Below, in pieces: positions 28,875-37,476 of a stretch of 64,000 bases of DNA. Source of the DNA: a bacterium. GTDB lineage: Bacteria > DRYD01. The stretch covers positions 96,001 to 160,000 of the forward strand of contig JBCNVB010000013.1 of assembly GCA_039630415.1 (NCBI GenBank), written 5' to 3'. A model generated the notes under the pieces. It did no database searches and was not told where the DNA came from. It saw only the letters and a list, made by a program, of their open reading frames with translations. The first letter of the stretch is position 1; the number at the start of each line of letters is the position of its first letter. The translations under genes were made by a program, and so were the position numbers.

Positions 28875-30920
28875 CTATATTTCAAACTTTTGGATATCTT
28901 GTATGCCAACGGTATAAGTTCTTCCATTAACTTCTACGGTTACTTTATTACCTTTTATCTTTACTACTCTTCCAACTTGGTCAAAAACTCTTATTTTCAC
29001 GAAATCGTTTACATTAAGAGTTTCTGTGGTTTGATTTTCTTCAACGTAGGACAAATGATCTGCTAGGTCGAAGTTTTTCAAAGATTCTAGTTTTTTTTCA
29101 AATTTGTGGATATTTTTTGTTTTTAGCTTTTGTAATTCTTCTTCCCACTTTGAGATTAAATTTTTTATCTGTACAGAGTATTGATTGTATAGTTTGTGAT
29201 AAATTTCATCTCTTATTTTTTGCTTTAGGTTATTTTTTAGTCTTTCTAGATTTTGTTTTTCTTGTTCTAGCTGGTATATTAACTGATCTAGTTGTTTTTG
29301 TTTTTGTTGAACATTTTGATAGTCATTTAGGAGGTTGTGGGAAATTTTTTCGAGTTTAGCATGATATTCCTCGGAAGAAAAGTAATGTTGCAGTTCTTGG
29401 ATTTTGTTAAGTATTTCTTCGGGGAAGTCTTTTAGTAAATTGAGGGGTAGGGATGGTAAAAGTATGCCATATATCAGTTTGTATTCGCTTATATTTTTTT
29501 CGAAGTTATATGCTACTGAGCAGCATGTGATTTTGTCATAGAAATAATTTTTAACATGATTATAGTGTGTGGAAAAGACAACGTAAGCTCCTTTGTTGAG
29601 AATATATTCTATGATGGATATGGATATTAAACTGGCTTGGATAGGGTCTGTACCTGAAGCAGGTTCATCCATGATAACTAGGGTGTTAGAATCTAAATTA
29701 CGTATTATTTCTTGCCAGTATTTAACGTGACCTGAAAAAGTACTAAGATTTTCCTGTATGCTTTGCGGATCGGTAACATCATAAAAAACTTTAAGTACAG
29801 GAAGATTAGCTTTTGTACAAAACACTGGTAACCCTATATTGGACAATAGAAAGCAAATAGTGATTGATTTAAGTGCAACACTTTTACCACCATTATTTGG
29901 ACCAACTATCATCAAACCTCTTTCAAACTTAACATCTATTGGAACACAATTTTCTATTAGTGGATTTATCAAATTTTCTATATCCACTATTCTTGTGTTA
30001 TGATTAGGTAAGCAAAAAGTTTGGCAAATGCTAAAATAAGCGTTGAAGAATTCTAGGAAACTACAGACTTTTAAAACTTGCGAAATATTTCTCAGGTTTT
30101 CACATATTTTTTGATAGAGATGATTAAGTATTTTTTGTATTTCTATGTTTTCAAGTGAACGAAGAAACAAAAGTCTGTTGTTATAACTTATTATTGAGCT
30201 TGGTTCAAAGAAAGCGGTTTTGTGAGTCCACGAGTAATCCTGTATTATTCCCTCAAACATACTTACATATTGTGAGTTAACACAAATAACAAATCTACCA
30301 GAACGATAACTTACCTCGTTTGAAACTAAGTATTTTGAGTTTTGTCTTATGAAATCTGTTAATTTTTGGGGTATGATTTTGCTTAATGAAGAAATTTCGT
30401 GCCTTATTTTTTTTAACTCTGGAGTACTATCGTCTTTGATATTACCGTTTGAGTCTATAAAATAATCGATTAAGCTTAGAAGTTCTTTCATATTTGGCGT
30501 TGATGTTACAAAACTATATATTTTTGAATACTCCTTTTTATTTTTCAAGTATTCATTGAATTTCTTTTTAAAGTTTACGAATGAACTCAGAAAATCACCG
30601 ATTTTTAGAATAATTTTTGAGTCAAAGATTGAATATGTAGGAGTTATATCAAAGTGTATGTTGTATAAGTCTTCAGAGTCTTGTATTTGGATAGAAAAGA
30701 TTTTGCAAATATCTTGATCTACGAATCTTGTATGTACTTTGTTTAGGTATTCTCTGTCTTTTAAAAGGGTATAGTACTGGAAAGATATTTCTTTTAGGTT
30801 GGTTATGGGCCTTTGGTGATGTAGTTTAGTAAATATATATTCTAGAACTGGTTTTGCAAGTGAAGATGATTTATGATCAATTAGCTCTTTTATTTGGTCT
30901 ATTTCTTTAAGATTTATCAC
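28875..30920 (-). CDS. mutS2: MutS2 family ATPase (ends at KOW-like domain, no Smr)
   Basis: GPNNGGKS, QSIQENLSTFSGH, DEPASGTDP, STHY, coiled coil; GTG start. Confidence 0.88.
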   Translation of the reverse strand: MINLKEIDQIKELIDHKSSSLAKPVLEYIFTKLHHQRPITNLKEISFQYYTLLKDREYLNKVHTRFVDQDICKIFSIQIQDSEDLYNIHFDITPTYSIFDSKIILKIGDFLSSFVNFKKKFNEYLKNKKEYSKIYSFVTSTPNMKELLSLIDYFIDSNGNIKDDSTPELKKIRHEISSLSKIIPQKLTDFIRQNSKYLVSNEVSYRSGRFVICVNSQYVSMFEGIIQDYSWTHKTAFFEPSSIISYNNRLLFLRSLENIEIQKILNHLYQKICENLRNISQVLKVCSFLEFFNAYFSICQTFCLPNHNTRIVDIENLINPLIENCVPIDVKFERGLMIVGPNNGGKSVALKSITICFLLSNIGLPVFCTKANLPVLKVFYDVTDPQSIQENLSTFSGHVKYWQEIIRNLDSNTLVIMDEPASGTDPIQASLISISIIEYILNKGAYVVFSTHYNHVKNYFYDKITCCSVAYNFEKNISEYKLIYGILLPSLPLNLLKDFPEEILNKIQELQHYFSSEEYHAKLEKISHNLLNDYQNVQQKQKQLDQLIYQLEQEKQNLERLKNNLKQKIRDEIYHKLYNQYSVQIKNLISKWEEELQKLKTKNIHKFEKKLESLKNFDLADHLSYVEENQTTETLNVNDFVKIRVFDQVGRVVKIKGNKVTVEVNGRTYTVGIQDIQKFEI

Positions 30921-30937
30921 TTTTTATGCTAGAGATT

Positions 30938-31912
30938 CTACAATTCTTCAATGCTGTATACCTTTTCGCTTATTGATTTATCAAATCCTTTTCTTATCAG
31001 ATTTGATAATATTTTGTTTGGCATTAGTTCTAAGAATATGTTGGAGGGGTATTTTTGATTGATTTTTTCGATTGTAAGAATCCAATTTACGGGATTTATC
31101 ATTTGGTTTTTCATTTCTTGTTTTATTTGGTTTGGGTCAGTGAGATTTTGGGAGTTTATGTATAATTCCAACTTTGGGGAATTGAAGTTTACCTGGTCGA
31201 TATGTTTGGAGAGATAGTTATTAGCTTCTTGCATCATGTAGCTGTGGAATGCTCCTGATACTTTCAGAGGCAAAATTTTGATCGTCGGTATTTGTAACTT
31301 TATTTCTTTTTTTAGTTCTTCTGATTTTTCTACTGGACATGAGATTATGAGTTGGCTATAAGAATTGTAGTTTGCTATTGTTGAGTTATAGTTTTGTACT
31401 ATAGTTTGAAGTTTTTGAATTGTTTGTGGGTTAAAGTTATCTATGACTGCAAACATTGTTCCCTCTTTTGAATAGTTGTGCATAAAGTATCCTCTTTTTA
31501 CTACTAAATCTATACCTTGGTCTAATGTAAGTGATTGTGAGCATACTAGTGCTGAGTATTCCCCTAGACTATGTCCTGCTAGACAACTTATCTTATCACC
31601 AAGTATGTCTTTTATACATTCAAAGCATGATACTGAAACTGAAAAAATCAGTATCTGGCTATACAATGTGATGTTTATCTTTGATTCATCCTCTAGTAAA
31701 GATATTAGGTCGGTATCTATGTAGTCTTTGTATTGTGATTTTATTTTTTGATTGATATAGTCGAAAGTTTTTCTGTATATTGGGAACTGGTTGTACCAAT
31801 CCATTCCCATGGATTTATACTGGCTGGCTTGACCTGGAAAAAGTAGATTTATTTTTGTATTTTCAGTTATTTGCTTTATTTTGATTAGTTTATTTTCCAA
31901 CTGTTGTAGCAT
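30938..31912 (-). CDS. fabD: malonyl CoA-ACP transacylase
   Basis: FPGQASQ, GHSLGEYSAL, ANYNS..Q, VSGAFHS. Confidence 0.95.
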   Translation of the reverse strand: MLQQLENKLIKIKQITENTKINLLFPGQASQYKSMGMDWYNQFPIYRKTFDYINQKIKSQYKDYIDTDLISLLEDESKINITLYSQILIFSVSVSCFECIKDILGDKISCLAGHSLGEYSALVCSQSLTLDQGIDLVVKRGYFMHNYSKEGTMFAVIDNFNPQTIQKLQTIVQNYNSTIANYNSYSQLIISCPVEKSEELKKEIKLQIPTIKILPLKVSGAFHSYMMQEANNYLSKHIDQVNFNSPKLELYINSQNLTDPNQIKQEMKNQMINPVNWILTIEKINQKYPSNIFLELMPNKILSNLIRKGFDKSISEKVYSIEEL

Positions 31913-31951
31913 ATTTATATTATTCTTTTGGCTTTGAATTGAACCCTTTCA

Positions 31952-31994
31952 TTAACAAAATTTTTACATTTATTTAAACCAAAATTAACATTTA
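31952..31994 (+). promoter_or_regulatory. extended 11-bp-period box TTAACA/TTTACA/TTAAAC/TTAACA
   Basis: Hexamers at 31952, 31963, 31974 (degenerate) and 31985; last one 53 nt before ATG 32044. Confidence 0.65.
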
Positions 31995-32043
31995 GGAGAA
32001 ACAAAGAAGTAGAGGTAGAAAAAAAATTTGGGAGGAGATAAAA

Positions 32044-33060
32044 ATGATGAACTTTAACAATCCTGGAACAGCACCAATCTTTCAAAGTCAACCTCTAAAT
32101 ACCAATCCTGTTCAAAATCAACTGCCTACCCAAACTACTGCCCAATCTGCCACTGGAAATACATCACCAACATCTTCTGATCCATTTGAAAAGCTAATGA
32201 ATAAATCCCTGGCTGAAAAAACTAACGATAAACCTACTAATTTACAATCAAATGATTTGCAATCAAATAATCTGGAAACACCAGAATTACAAAGATATAG
32301 AAAACAAATAGAAGCTCTAGATCTTGATCAGTTAAGAATGGAAAGGAAGAGACTAGTTGATTTAATAGTTAAATACATGAATGAAGGTAACACTGAGTTA
32401 CTTGATGAAGCTCAGAAGAAGTATAAAATAGCCGTGCAAGTTAGTGATAGTAAAGTTATGAATTTTTCAGCTGGAGCTATAGCTCAAACCCCCAAAACTG
32501 AGCAAACCCAAGTGGCTCAAAATCAATCTCAACAAGAGGACTTCCTTAAAAAGCTAAGGGAATCCGAAATACTTCCTCCTGACAATACTCAACCACCTAC
32601 TATACCTCAGCAAACGGCTATATCACAAAAAACAAACATTGTTGATACAACAACTACATCAGTAGTAGGAGCTAATCCCAATGTTCAAGTTTTCTCTGCC
32701 CCAACCACCGAATCGGTAATACAAGGATTTGTAAATAATCAACCTACTCCTACTATGAACCAACCTTTAAATCAATATGGTACGATAAATGCTCTAAATA
32801 CGATGAACATGCAACAAATGAACAGTTTATTCTCAAACCCTCAGGGTATGTTTAATTCTCTAAATACGATAATGAATCCGATGGCACCTGTACACCCATA
32901 CTCTCCTCTTATGACCAGCTATGGAATATATGCCCCTAATCTAAGAAGAGATCCCACAATGAACGCTTTTCTAAATGGTGAACTTTATCCTACTGATATG
33001 GCAGAACTTGGTGTTTGGTCTGTTCTTAACAGAGAATTGTTCAAAAGAACAGACGAATAA
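32044..33060 (+). CDS. hypothetical N/Q/T/P-rich low-complexity protein with short helical domain
   Basis: GGAGG RBS; long ORF; no signal peptide. Confidence 0.75.
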   Translation: MMNFNNPGTAPIFQSQPLNTNPVQNQLPTQTTAQSATGNTSPTSSDPFEKLMNKSLAEKTNDKPTNLQSNDLQSNNLETPELQRYRKQIEALDLDQLRMERKRLVDLIVKYMNEGNTELLDEAQKKYKIAVQVSDSKVMNFSAGAIAQTPKTEQTQVAQNQSQQEDFLKKLRESEILPPDNTQPPTIPQQTAISQKTNIVDTTTTSVVGANPNVQVFSAPTTESVIQGFVNNQPTPTMNQPLNQYGTINALNTMNMQQMNSLFSNPQGMFNSLNTIMNPMAPVHPYSPLMTSYGIYAPNLRRDPTMNAFLNGELYPTDMAELGVWSVLNRELFKRTDE

Positions 33061-33226
33061 ATCTAAAATAAGATCGAGTAAATCTAAAATAAAAATTCAA
33101 GATAAAACGTGTAAGTTTTTAGTCTATTTTTAGTCTAGGTTATAGAGGCATGTAGTGATGATTTTAAAAATACTTAAATACTGTATTAAAGAATTTTGAC
33201 GTCTGCTTTGTCTAGATTATTCTTGT

Positions 33227-33679
33227 TTATTGTTGTTGTATAGTTTCAAGAGCTTTTGTAGCCATTGTTTTAATTGATTCGACTACACTCAAATTAGCTT
33301 CATACATTCTGGAAGCTTGTATCATTTTTGCCATTTCCTCAACTACATTTACATTTGGCAGAGTAACATATCCATCTTTATCAGCGTTTGGATTAGTAGG
33401 ATCGTATACTTTTCTAAATCCTGAGTTATCTTGTCTTACTCCAACAACATTTGCTGCATTTAATTGGTTTTCAAATTCTTCTCCAAAACTAACGGTAAGT
33501 ATTCCTTCTTCTTCTGGATTGTTTAAAGGTTTAGAGGAGACGATAAGATCTTTTCTTTTGTAGGGTTCTCCGGTGATGGTGTTAGTGGTGTTTGCGTTAG
33601 CTATGTTTTCTGCGATTATATCCATCATTTGTCTGCTTACGCTCATTCCGCTAGCTGCAATTCTGAGAGAGTCAAACAT
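33227..33679 (-). CDS. flgC: flagellar basal-body rod protein FlgC
   Basis: ASGM..ENIANANTT, PYKRK, YDPTNPNAD..GYV.LPNVN..EM..MI.ASR.YEAN. Confidence 0.96.
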   Translation of the reverse strand: MFDSLRIAASGMSVSRQMMDIIAENIANANTTNTITGEPYKRKDLIVSSKPLNNPEEEGILTVSFGEEFENQLNAANVVGVRQDNSGFRKVYDPTNPNADKDGYVTLPNVNVVEEMAKMIQASRMYEANLSVVESIKTMATKALETIQQQ

Positions 33680-33721
33680 TTTCTATCCCCCCTTAACTAC
33701 TGAATTTAAGCTAATTTTAGG

Positions 33722-34024
33722 CTATATGTTGGTTTGGAATAGAGTTTTTGTTCCTTCAATTAGTTTTTGAGTTATACCTCTTATCATTTTGAGGGTTAGT
33801 CCTGCTTCTTGCCAAGCAAAAACTACTTGGTTTACATCTTTGACTTCTCCAGAAGCTAATTTTCTGCTTATATCTCCTGCTTCCAGAAGCTTGTTGTTTG
33901 CTGAACCTATAGTATTTTTTATAACATCTCCGAATGTAACCATTCCACTTTCTGCAGTACTTTTAGTTTCAACAAATGGGTTTGCTAATCTAGTTGGTTT
34001 TGTAATATCAATGGGGTTAAACAT
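33722..34024 (-). CDS. fliE: flagellar hook-basal body protein FliE (divergent)
   Basis: 100 aa; F.D.IK, LASGEVKDVNQVV.A..EA.LTL pattern; located between flgB and flgC. Confidence 0.8.
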   Translation of the reverse strand: MFNPIDITKPTRLANPFVETKSTAESGMVTFGDVIKNTIGSANNKLLEAGDISRKLASGEVKDVNQVVFAWQEAGLTLKMIRGITQKLIEGTKTLFQTNI

Positions 34025-34039
34025 AATTATCTACCTCCT

Positions 34040-34450
34040 TTACATTCTTTCAAATATTTCGGTTAGCGATTTAAGGGGTGAGGTTGCTCCTCTCAAAAGA
34101 AGTTGGTATTGGATTTGATTTTCTAGAGATTTATTCATTTGTTCACTTATGTCGACTTTTTTACCTGTGGAGGTTGCTTCAGGTTTAAAGCTAGCCAGTT
34201 CTATGCTTCCAGATATATGCTCTGGATCTTCTGCTTGTAACTTTACGTTAAATGGGTCGGATTGATTATCAAACTTTTCTTTCCTTATTTCTGCAAAAAC
34301 TTGTTCAAAGTTTAGGTCTTTAGCTACGTAGTTTGGATTGGTCGCGTTTGCTATGTTGCTTGCTATTACTTGTTGTCTTTGCCAGGCAGAATCTACTGCT
34401 TTTCTCATGTACTCATAATGATCTCCTAGTAGGTCTTTCATGAAACTCAT
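34040..34450 (-). CDS. flgB: flagellar basal-body rod protein FlgB (divergent C-terminus)
   Basis: RQQVIASNIANATNPNY.AKDL.FE; VD..EQM...ENQIQYQ. Confidence 0.88.
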   Translation of the reverse strand: MSFMKDLLGDHYEYMRKAVDSAWQRQQVIASNIANATNPNYVAKDLNFEQVFAEIRKEKFDNQSDPFNVKLQAEDPEHISGSIELASFKPEATSTGKKVDISEQMNKSLENQIQYQLLLRGATSPLKSLTEIFERM

Positions 34451-34504
34451 TTTTTTCCACCTCCAAGTTATTTTGTTTGTACACCTGTTTAAAAATTTTT
34501 TAAA

Positions 34505-34525
34505 TAATTGTAAAATAAATGTTAC
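34505..34525 (-). promoter_or_regulatory. direct-repeat box GTAACA-TTTAT-TTTACA-ATTA upstream of flgB
   Basis: + strand TGTAAA 34509-34514 and TGTTAC 34520-34525; 58 nt before flgB ATG 34450. Confidence 0.62.
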
Positions 34526-34539
34526 ATCCTAAATATCAG

Positions 34540-35598
34540 CTATAAAACTCCGCTTTGCTTAATATGGTTATGGAAGATTTGTCTTATTTGTGGATCGTCT
34601 ATAGTGTTAAGGATGGAAATAGCATAATCTTTTACATTGGCGTTAGGTATATTTCTAGTGTTTTCAGCGGCTTTGATAGCTATTGATTTAAATTTATCAT
34701 TAGCAATAGCTAAGGCTTCTTGTGGATTCATACCACGTTGTTTAAGCATTTCAACGTAATCAGCCCAAGTTTTATAGAAACTACTAGAAACCGGTAAACT
34801 TAGTGAATAAGGATCAATAATTATATCAGGCATGTATTTATAATCTCCTGCTAAATCCCTTGCAAATTGAATTCCCCAAGACATACTTACATAGGTATTA
34901 TCAGCTATTGTAGATATTTTATTTGTTTTTCTAAAATCTTGTATATCTGTTACTTGACTAGTATTTGAAGCTTCATAAAGAAACGTAATAATGTCTGCGA
35001 ATGCTTCGTGAAAATCTCTAGTAGCGGTAGGATTTATTTGATCTAGTATTGCATGACCTATTTCATGTACCAAAACATCTTTCTCTAAAGTGGAGTTCCC
35101 TTGGTTATTATAGGTGTAACCAACAACTACGTTTTGACCCGGAATATAGTAAGCATTACCTAACTGATGCATAAACTCTACGTTATTGATTGTTACTATG
35201 TTAATTTTGTGGGGGAAAGGACTACTCATATACGCTAGAAAATCTCTCAAAACTTTATCAGCTCTCATTGCTATCATCATTGCCTCATTCGGATTTGAAG
35301 CTACTACTGTGCTTTTGTTACCCTCTACATAGTACATCTTACTCGGCATACTATCTATCAAGTATAACATACTATACAAAGAAAGAAGCTGATCAAAGAC
35401 ATATAAATCTTGTCCTTGTATATTTTCATTAGAAATTTGGCTGAAAACATCTTCCGAAATCATTTGTTTGACCTTATCAGTATCAAAACTTATGGGACCA
35501 TATTCTTCTATTTGGGGGTTAATCTGTCTTACATATTCCCTAATTTTCTTGGCTGCAATATCAAACACTTTTATATTTTCCTGGTAGTTGAAATTCAT
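34540..35598 (-). CDS. thermolysin-like zinc metalloprotease, distant paralog of the 18.4-23.0 kb array
   Basis: GNAYYIPG, GNSTLEKDVLVHEIGH, FHEAFADI, DFRKTNKIS, TWADYVE, ANDKF..AIKAAEN; start ATG 35598 after GGGGTGG. Confidence 0.78.
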   Translation of the reverse strand: MNFNYQENIKVFDIAAKKIREYVRQINPQIEEYGPISFDTDKVKQMISEDVFSQISNENIQGQDLYVFDQLLSLYSMLYLIDSMPSKMYYVEGNKSTVVASNPNEAMMIAMRADKVLRDFLAYMSSPFPHKINIVTINNVEFMHQLGNAYYIPGQNVVVGYTYNNQGNSTLEKDVLVHEIGHAILDQINPTATRDFHEAFADIITFLYEASNTSQVTDIQDFRKTNKISTIADNTYVSMSWGIQFARDLAGDYKYMPDIIIDPYSLSLPVSSSFYKTWADYVEMLKQRGMNPQEALAIANDKFKSIAIKAAENTRNIPNANVKDYAISILNTIDDPQIRQIFHNHIKQSGVL

Positions 35599-35729
35599 AA
35601 ATCCCACCCCTATTAAATATTTCTCACTTTTGTGTTTAAAAACATTTATGTGAATCTTTAAATTATTGTAAATTAAAAAGGGTGATTCAAATATACTCAA
35701 TAATTCATAAAAAATAGGGGGTAAAAATT

Positions 35730-37019
35730 ATGCACGATGTAAATCAAATAGTCCAAAAACCTGATAAATACAAATACTTTCTCGAAATCAGAAATGAAGA
35801 TCCTCAAATAATAGACCAAATAATTCGCCTAAATAAGCACAGAAAAGAACTCATAAATCAAATAAACAATCTCAGAAGTCAGAAAAATCTCATCTCCGAA
35901 AAAATAGGGAAAAAAGATTATAAAACTGATAACGAGAGACAAGAGTTAATACTTCTATCAAATGAAATTGATACCCAAATAAAACAGCTTGAACCAGAAC
36001 TAGAAGTTACGCAAAAAAAACTAAATGAAATACTTGTAACTATACCAAATATTGTGTACGAAGATGTACCCGTAGGAAAGGATTCATCAGAAAATGTCAT
36101 TGTATACAGTGAAGGTGAAGAATGGATACCAGATTTTGAACCTTTACCTCACTGGGAACTAGCAGAAGAACTAAATATCATTGACTTTGAAAGAGGAGTT
36201 AAACTATCAGGATCTCGATTCTACATAATGAAAGGTAAAATGGCTAAACTTCAAAGAGCACTTATTAATTTCTTTATCGATTTTCATGTAAAATATCATA
36301 ACTACAAAGAGTTGTACTTACCGTTCATAGTAAAAAGACATTGCCTAGAAGGCGCTGGTCAGCTACCAAAATTCGAAGATAATCTATATAGAGACCAAGA
36401 GGATGATATGTGGCTAGTGCCCACTGCAGAAGTACCTCTAACTAACATCTATAAAGATGAGATTCTATCAATCGAAGTATTACCACTTTACTATGTTGCC
36501 TACACTCCCTGCTTCAGAAAAGAAAAAATAGCTGCCGGTAGAGATGTTAGAGGAATAAAAAGAGGACATCAGTTCGATAAAGTTGAACTATACAAATTTG
36601 TTACTCCAGAATCAAGTGATCATGAATTGGAAAAGCTGGTACAAGATGCTTGTGATATACTCAGAGCTTTGGAATTGCCCTTTAGAGTAGTAAAATTATG
36701 TAGTGGAGACTTAGGTTTCGCTTCAGCAAAAACATATGATATAGAAGTGTGGGCAGCAGGATGCAAAGAATGGTTAGAAGTTAGTTCGTGTAGTAACGTA
36801 TTGGATTTCCAGGCTAGAAGAGCTAATATAAGATTTAGAAGAACTCCGACTTCAAAACCAGAATACGTACACACCTTAAACGGTTCAGGACTTGCTCTAC
36901 CAAGAGTTGTCATCGCTATACTTGAAAACTACCAGCAAAAAGACAAATCTATCAAAATACCTAAAGTACTTCAACCCTATACAGGCTTCGAAAGCATAGA
37001 AATCAGCTGGAAATACTAA
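35730..37019 (+). CDS. serS: serine--tRNA ligase
   Basis: GQLPKF, PTAEVP, RGHQFDKVE, EVSSCSN..DFQARRA, TLNGSGLA. Confidence 0.98.
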   Translation: MHDVNQIVQKPDKYKYFLEIRNEDPQIIDQIIRLNKHRKELINQINNLRSQKNLISEKIGKKDYKTDNERQELILLSNEIDTQIKQLEPELEVTQKKLNEILVTIPNIVYEDVPVGKDSSENVIVYSEGEEWIPDFEPLPHWELAEELNIIDFERGVKLSGSRFYIMKGKMAKLQRALINFFIDFHVKYHNYKELYLPFIVKRHCLEGAGQLPKFEDNLYRDQEDDMWLVPTAEVPLTNIYKDEILSIEVLPLYYVAYTPCFRKEKIAAGRDVRGIKRGHQFDKVELYKFVTPESSDHELEKLVQDACDILRALELPFRVVKLCSGDLGFASAKTYDIEVWAAGCKEWLEVSSCSNVLDFQARRANIRFRRTPTSKPEYVHTLNGSGLALPRVVIAILENYQQKDKSIKIPKVLQPYTGFESIEISWKY

Positions 37020-37041
37020 TAAAGATCCTAAGGAGGAAAGT

Positions 37042-37476
37042 ATGAAATTCTACGAATCTACAGTGGAAAGAAAGATAGTCATTGTAAGAATAGATCAAGA
37101 TGAGGAAGTTATTCAATTTCTCGAAAACATAGCCATGTCTTTGAAAATAGAATCTGGATTATTTACAGGTATAGGAGCTATTAAACAAGCCACCATATCA
37201 TTCTATGATTACCAATCCAAATCATACATCGATAAGGAAATAGATGAGCGTATGGAGGTTATAAATCTAACGGGTAATATTTCGTATAAGTATGCTGAAG
37301 AAAAACCTTTTATTCATGCACACATTACCTTATCTGATAAACAATGTAATGTGTATGGAGGTCACCTTAAGAGAGCTATTGTAGGAGTAACATTGGAAAT
37401 ATTCATATTACCTATAAATGACAGGATAGAGAGAATATACGATCAAAGCTTAGGGCTATTTATTTGGAAACCATGA
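37042..37476 (+). CDS. PPC/DUF296 domain protein
   Basis: GIGA, NLTGNIS, HAHITL, GGHL, TLEI. Confidence 0.88.
   Translation: MKFYESTVERKIVIVRIDQDEEVIQFLENIAMSLKIESGLFTGIGAIKQATISFYDYQSKSYIDKEIDERMEVINLTGNISYKYAEEKPFIHAHITLSDKQCNVYGGHLKRAIVGVTLEIFILPINDRIERIYDQSLGLFIWKP

Noticed and set aside
34451-34540. Sigma-28 or sigma-54 promoter for flgB
   Set aside because: No TAAA-N15-GCCGATAA or GG-N10-GC pattern seen; the direct-repeat box is the only clear signal
35599-35700. N-terminal extensions given by the ORF track (starts at 35700, 9628, 23046, 23993, 26975, 41844, 46553, 48331)
   Set aside because: Downstream ATGs have better RBS or translational coupling and avoid overlap with neighbours or regulatory motifs
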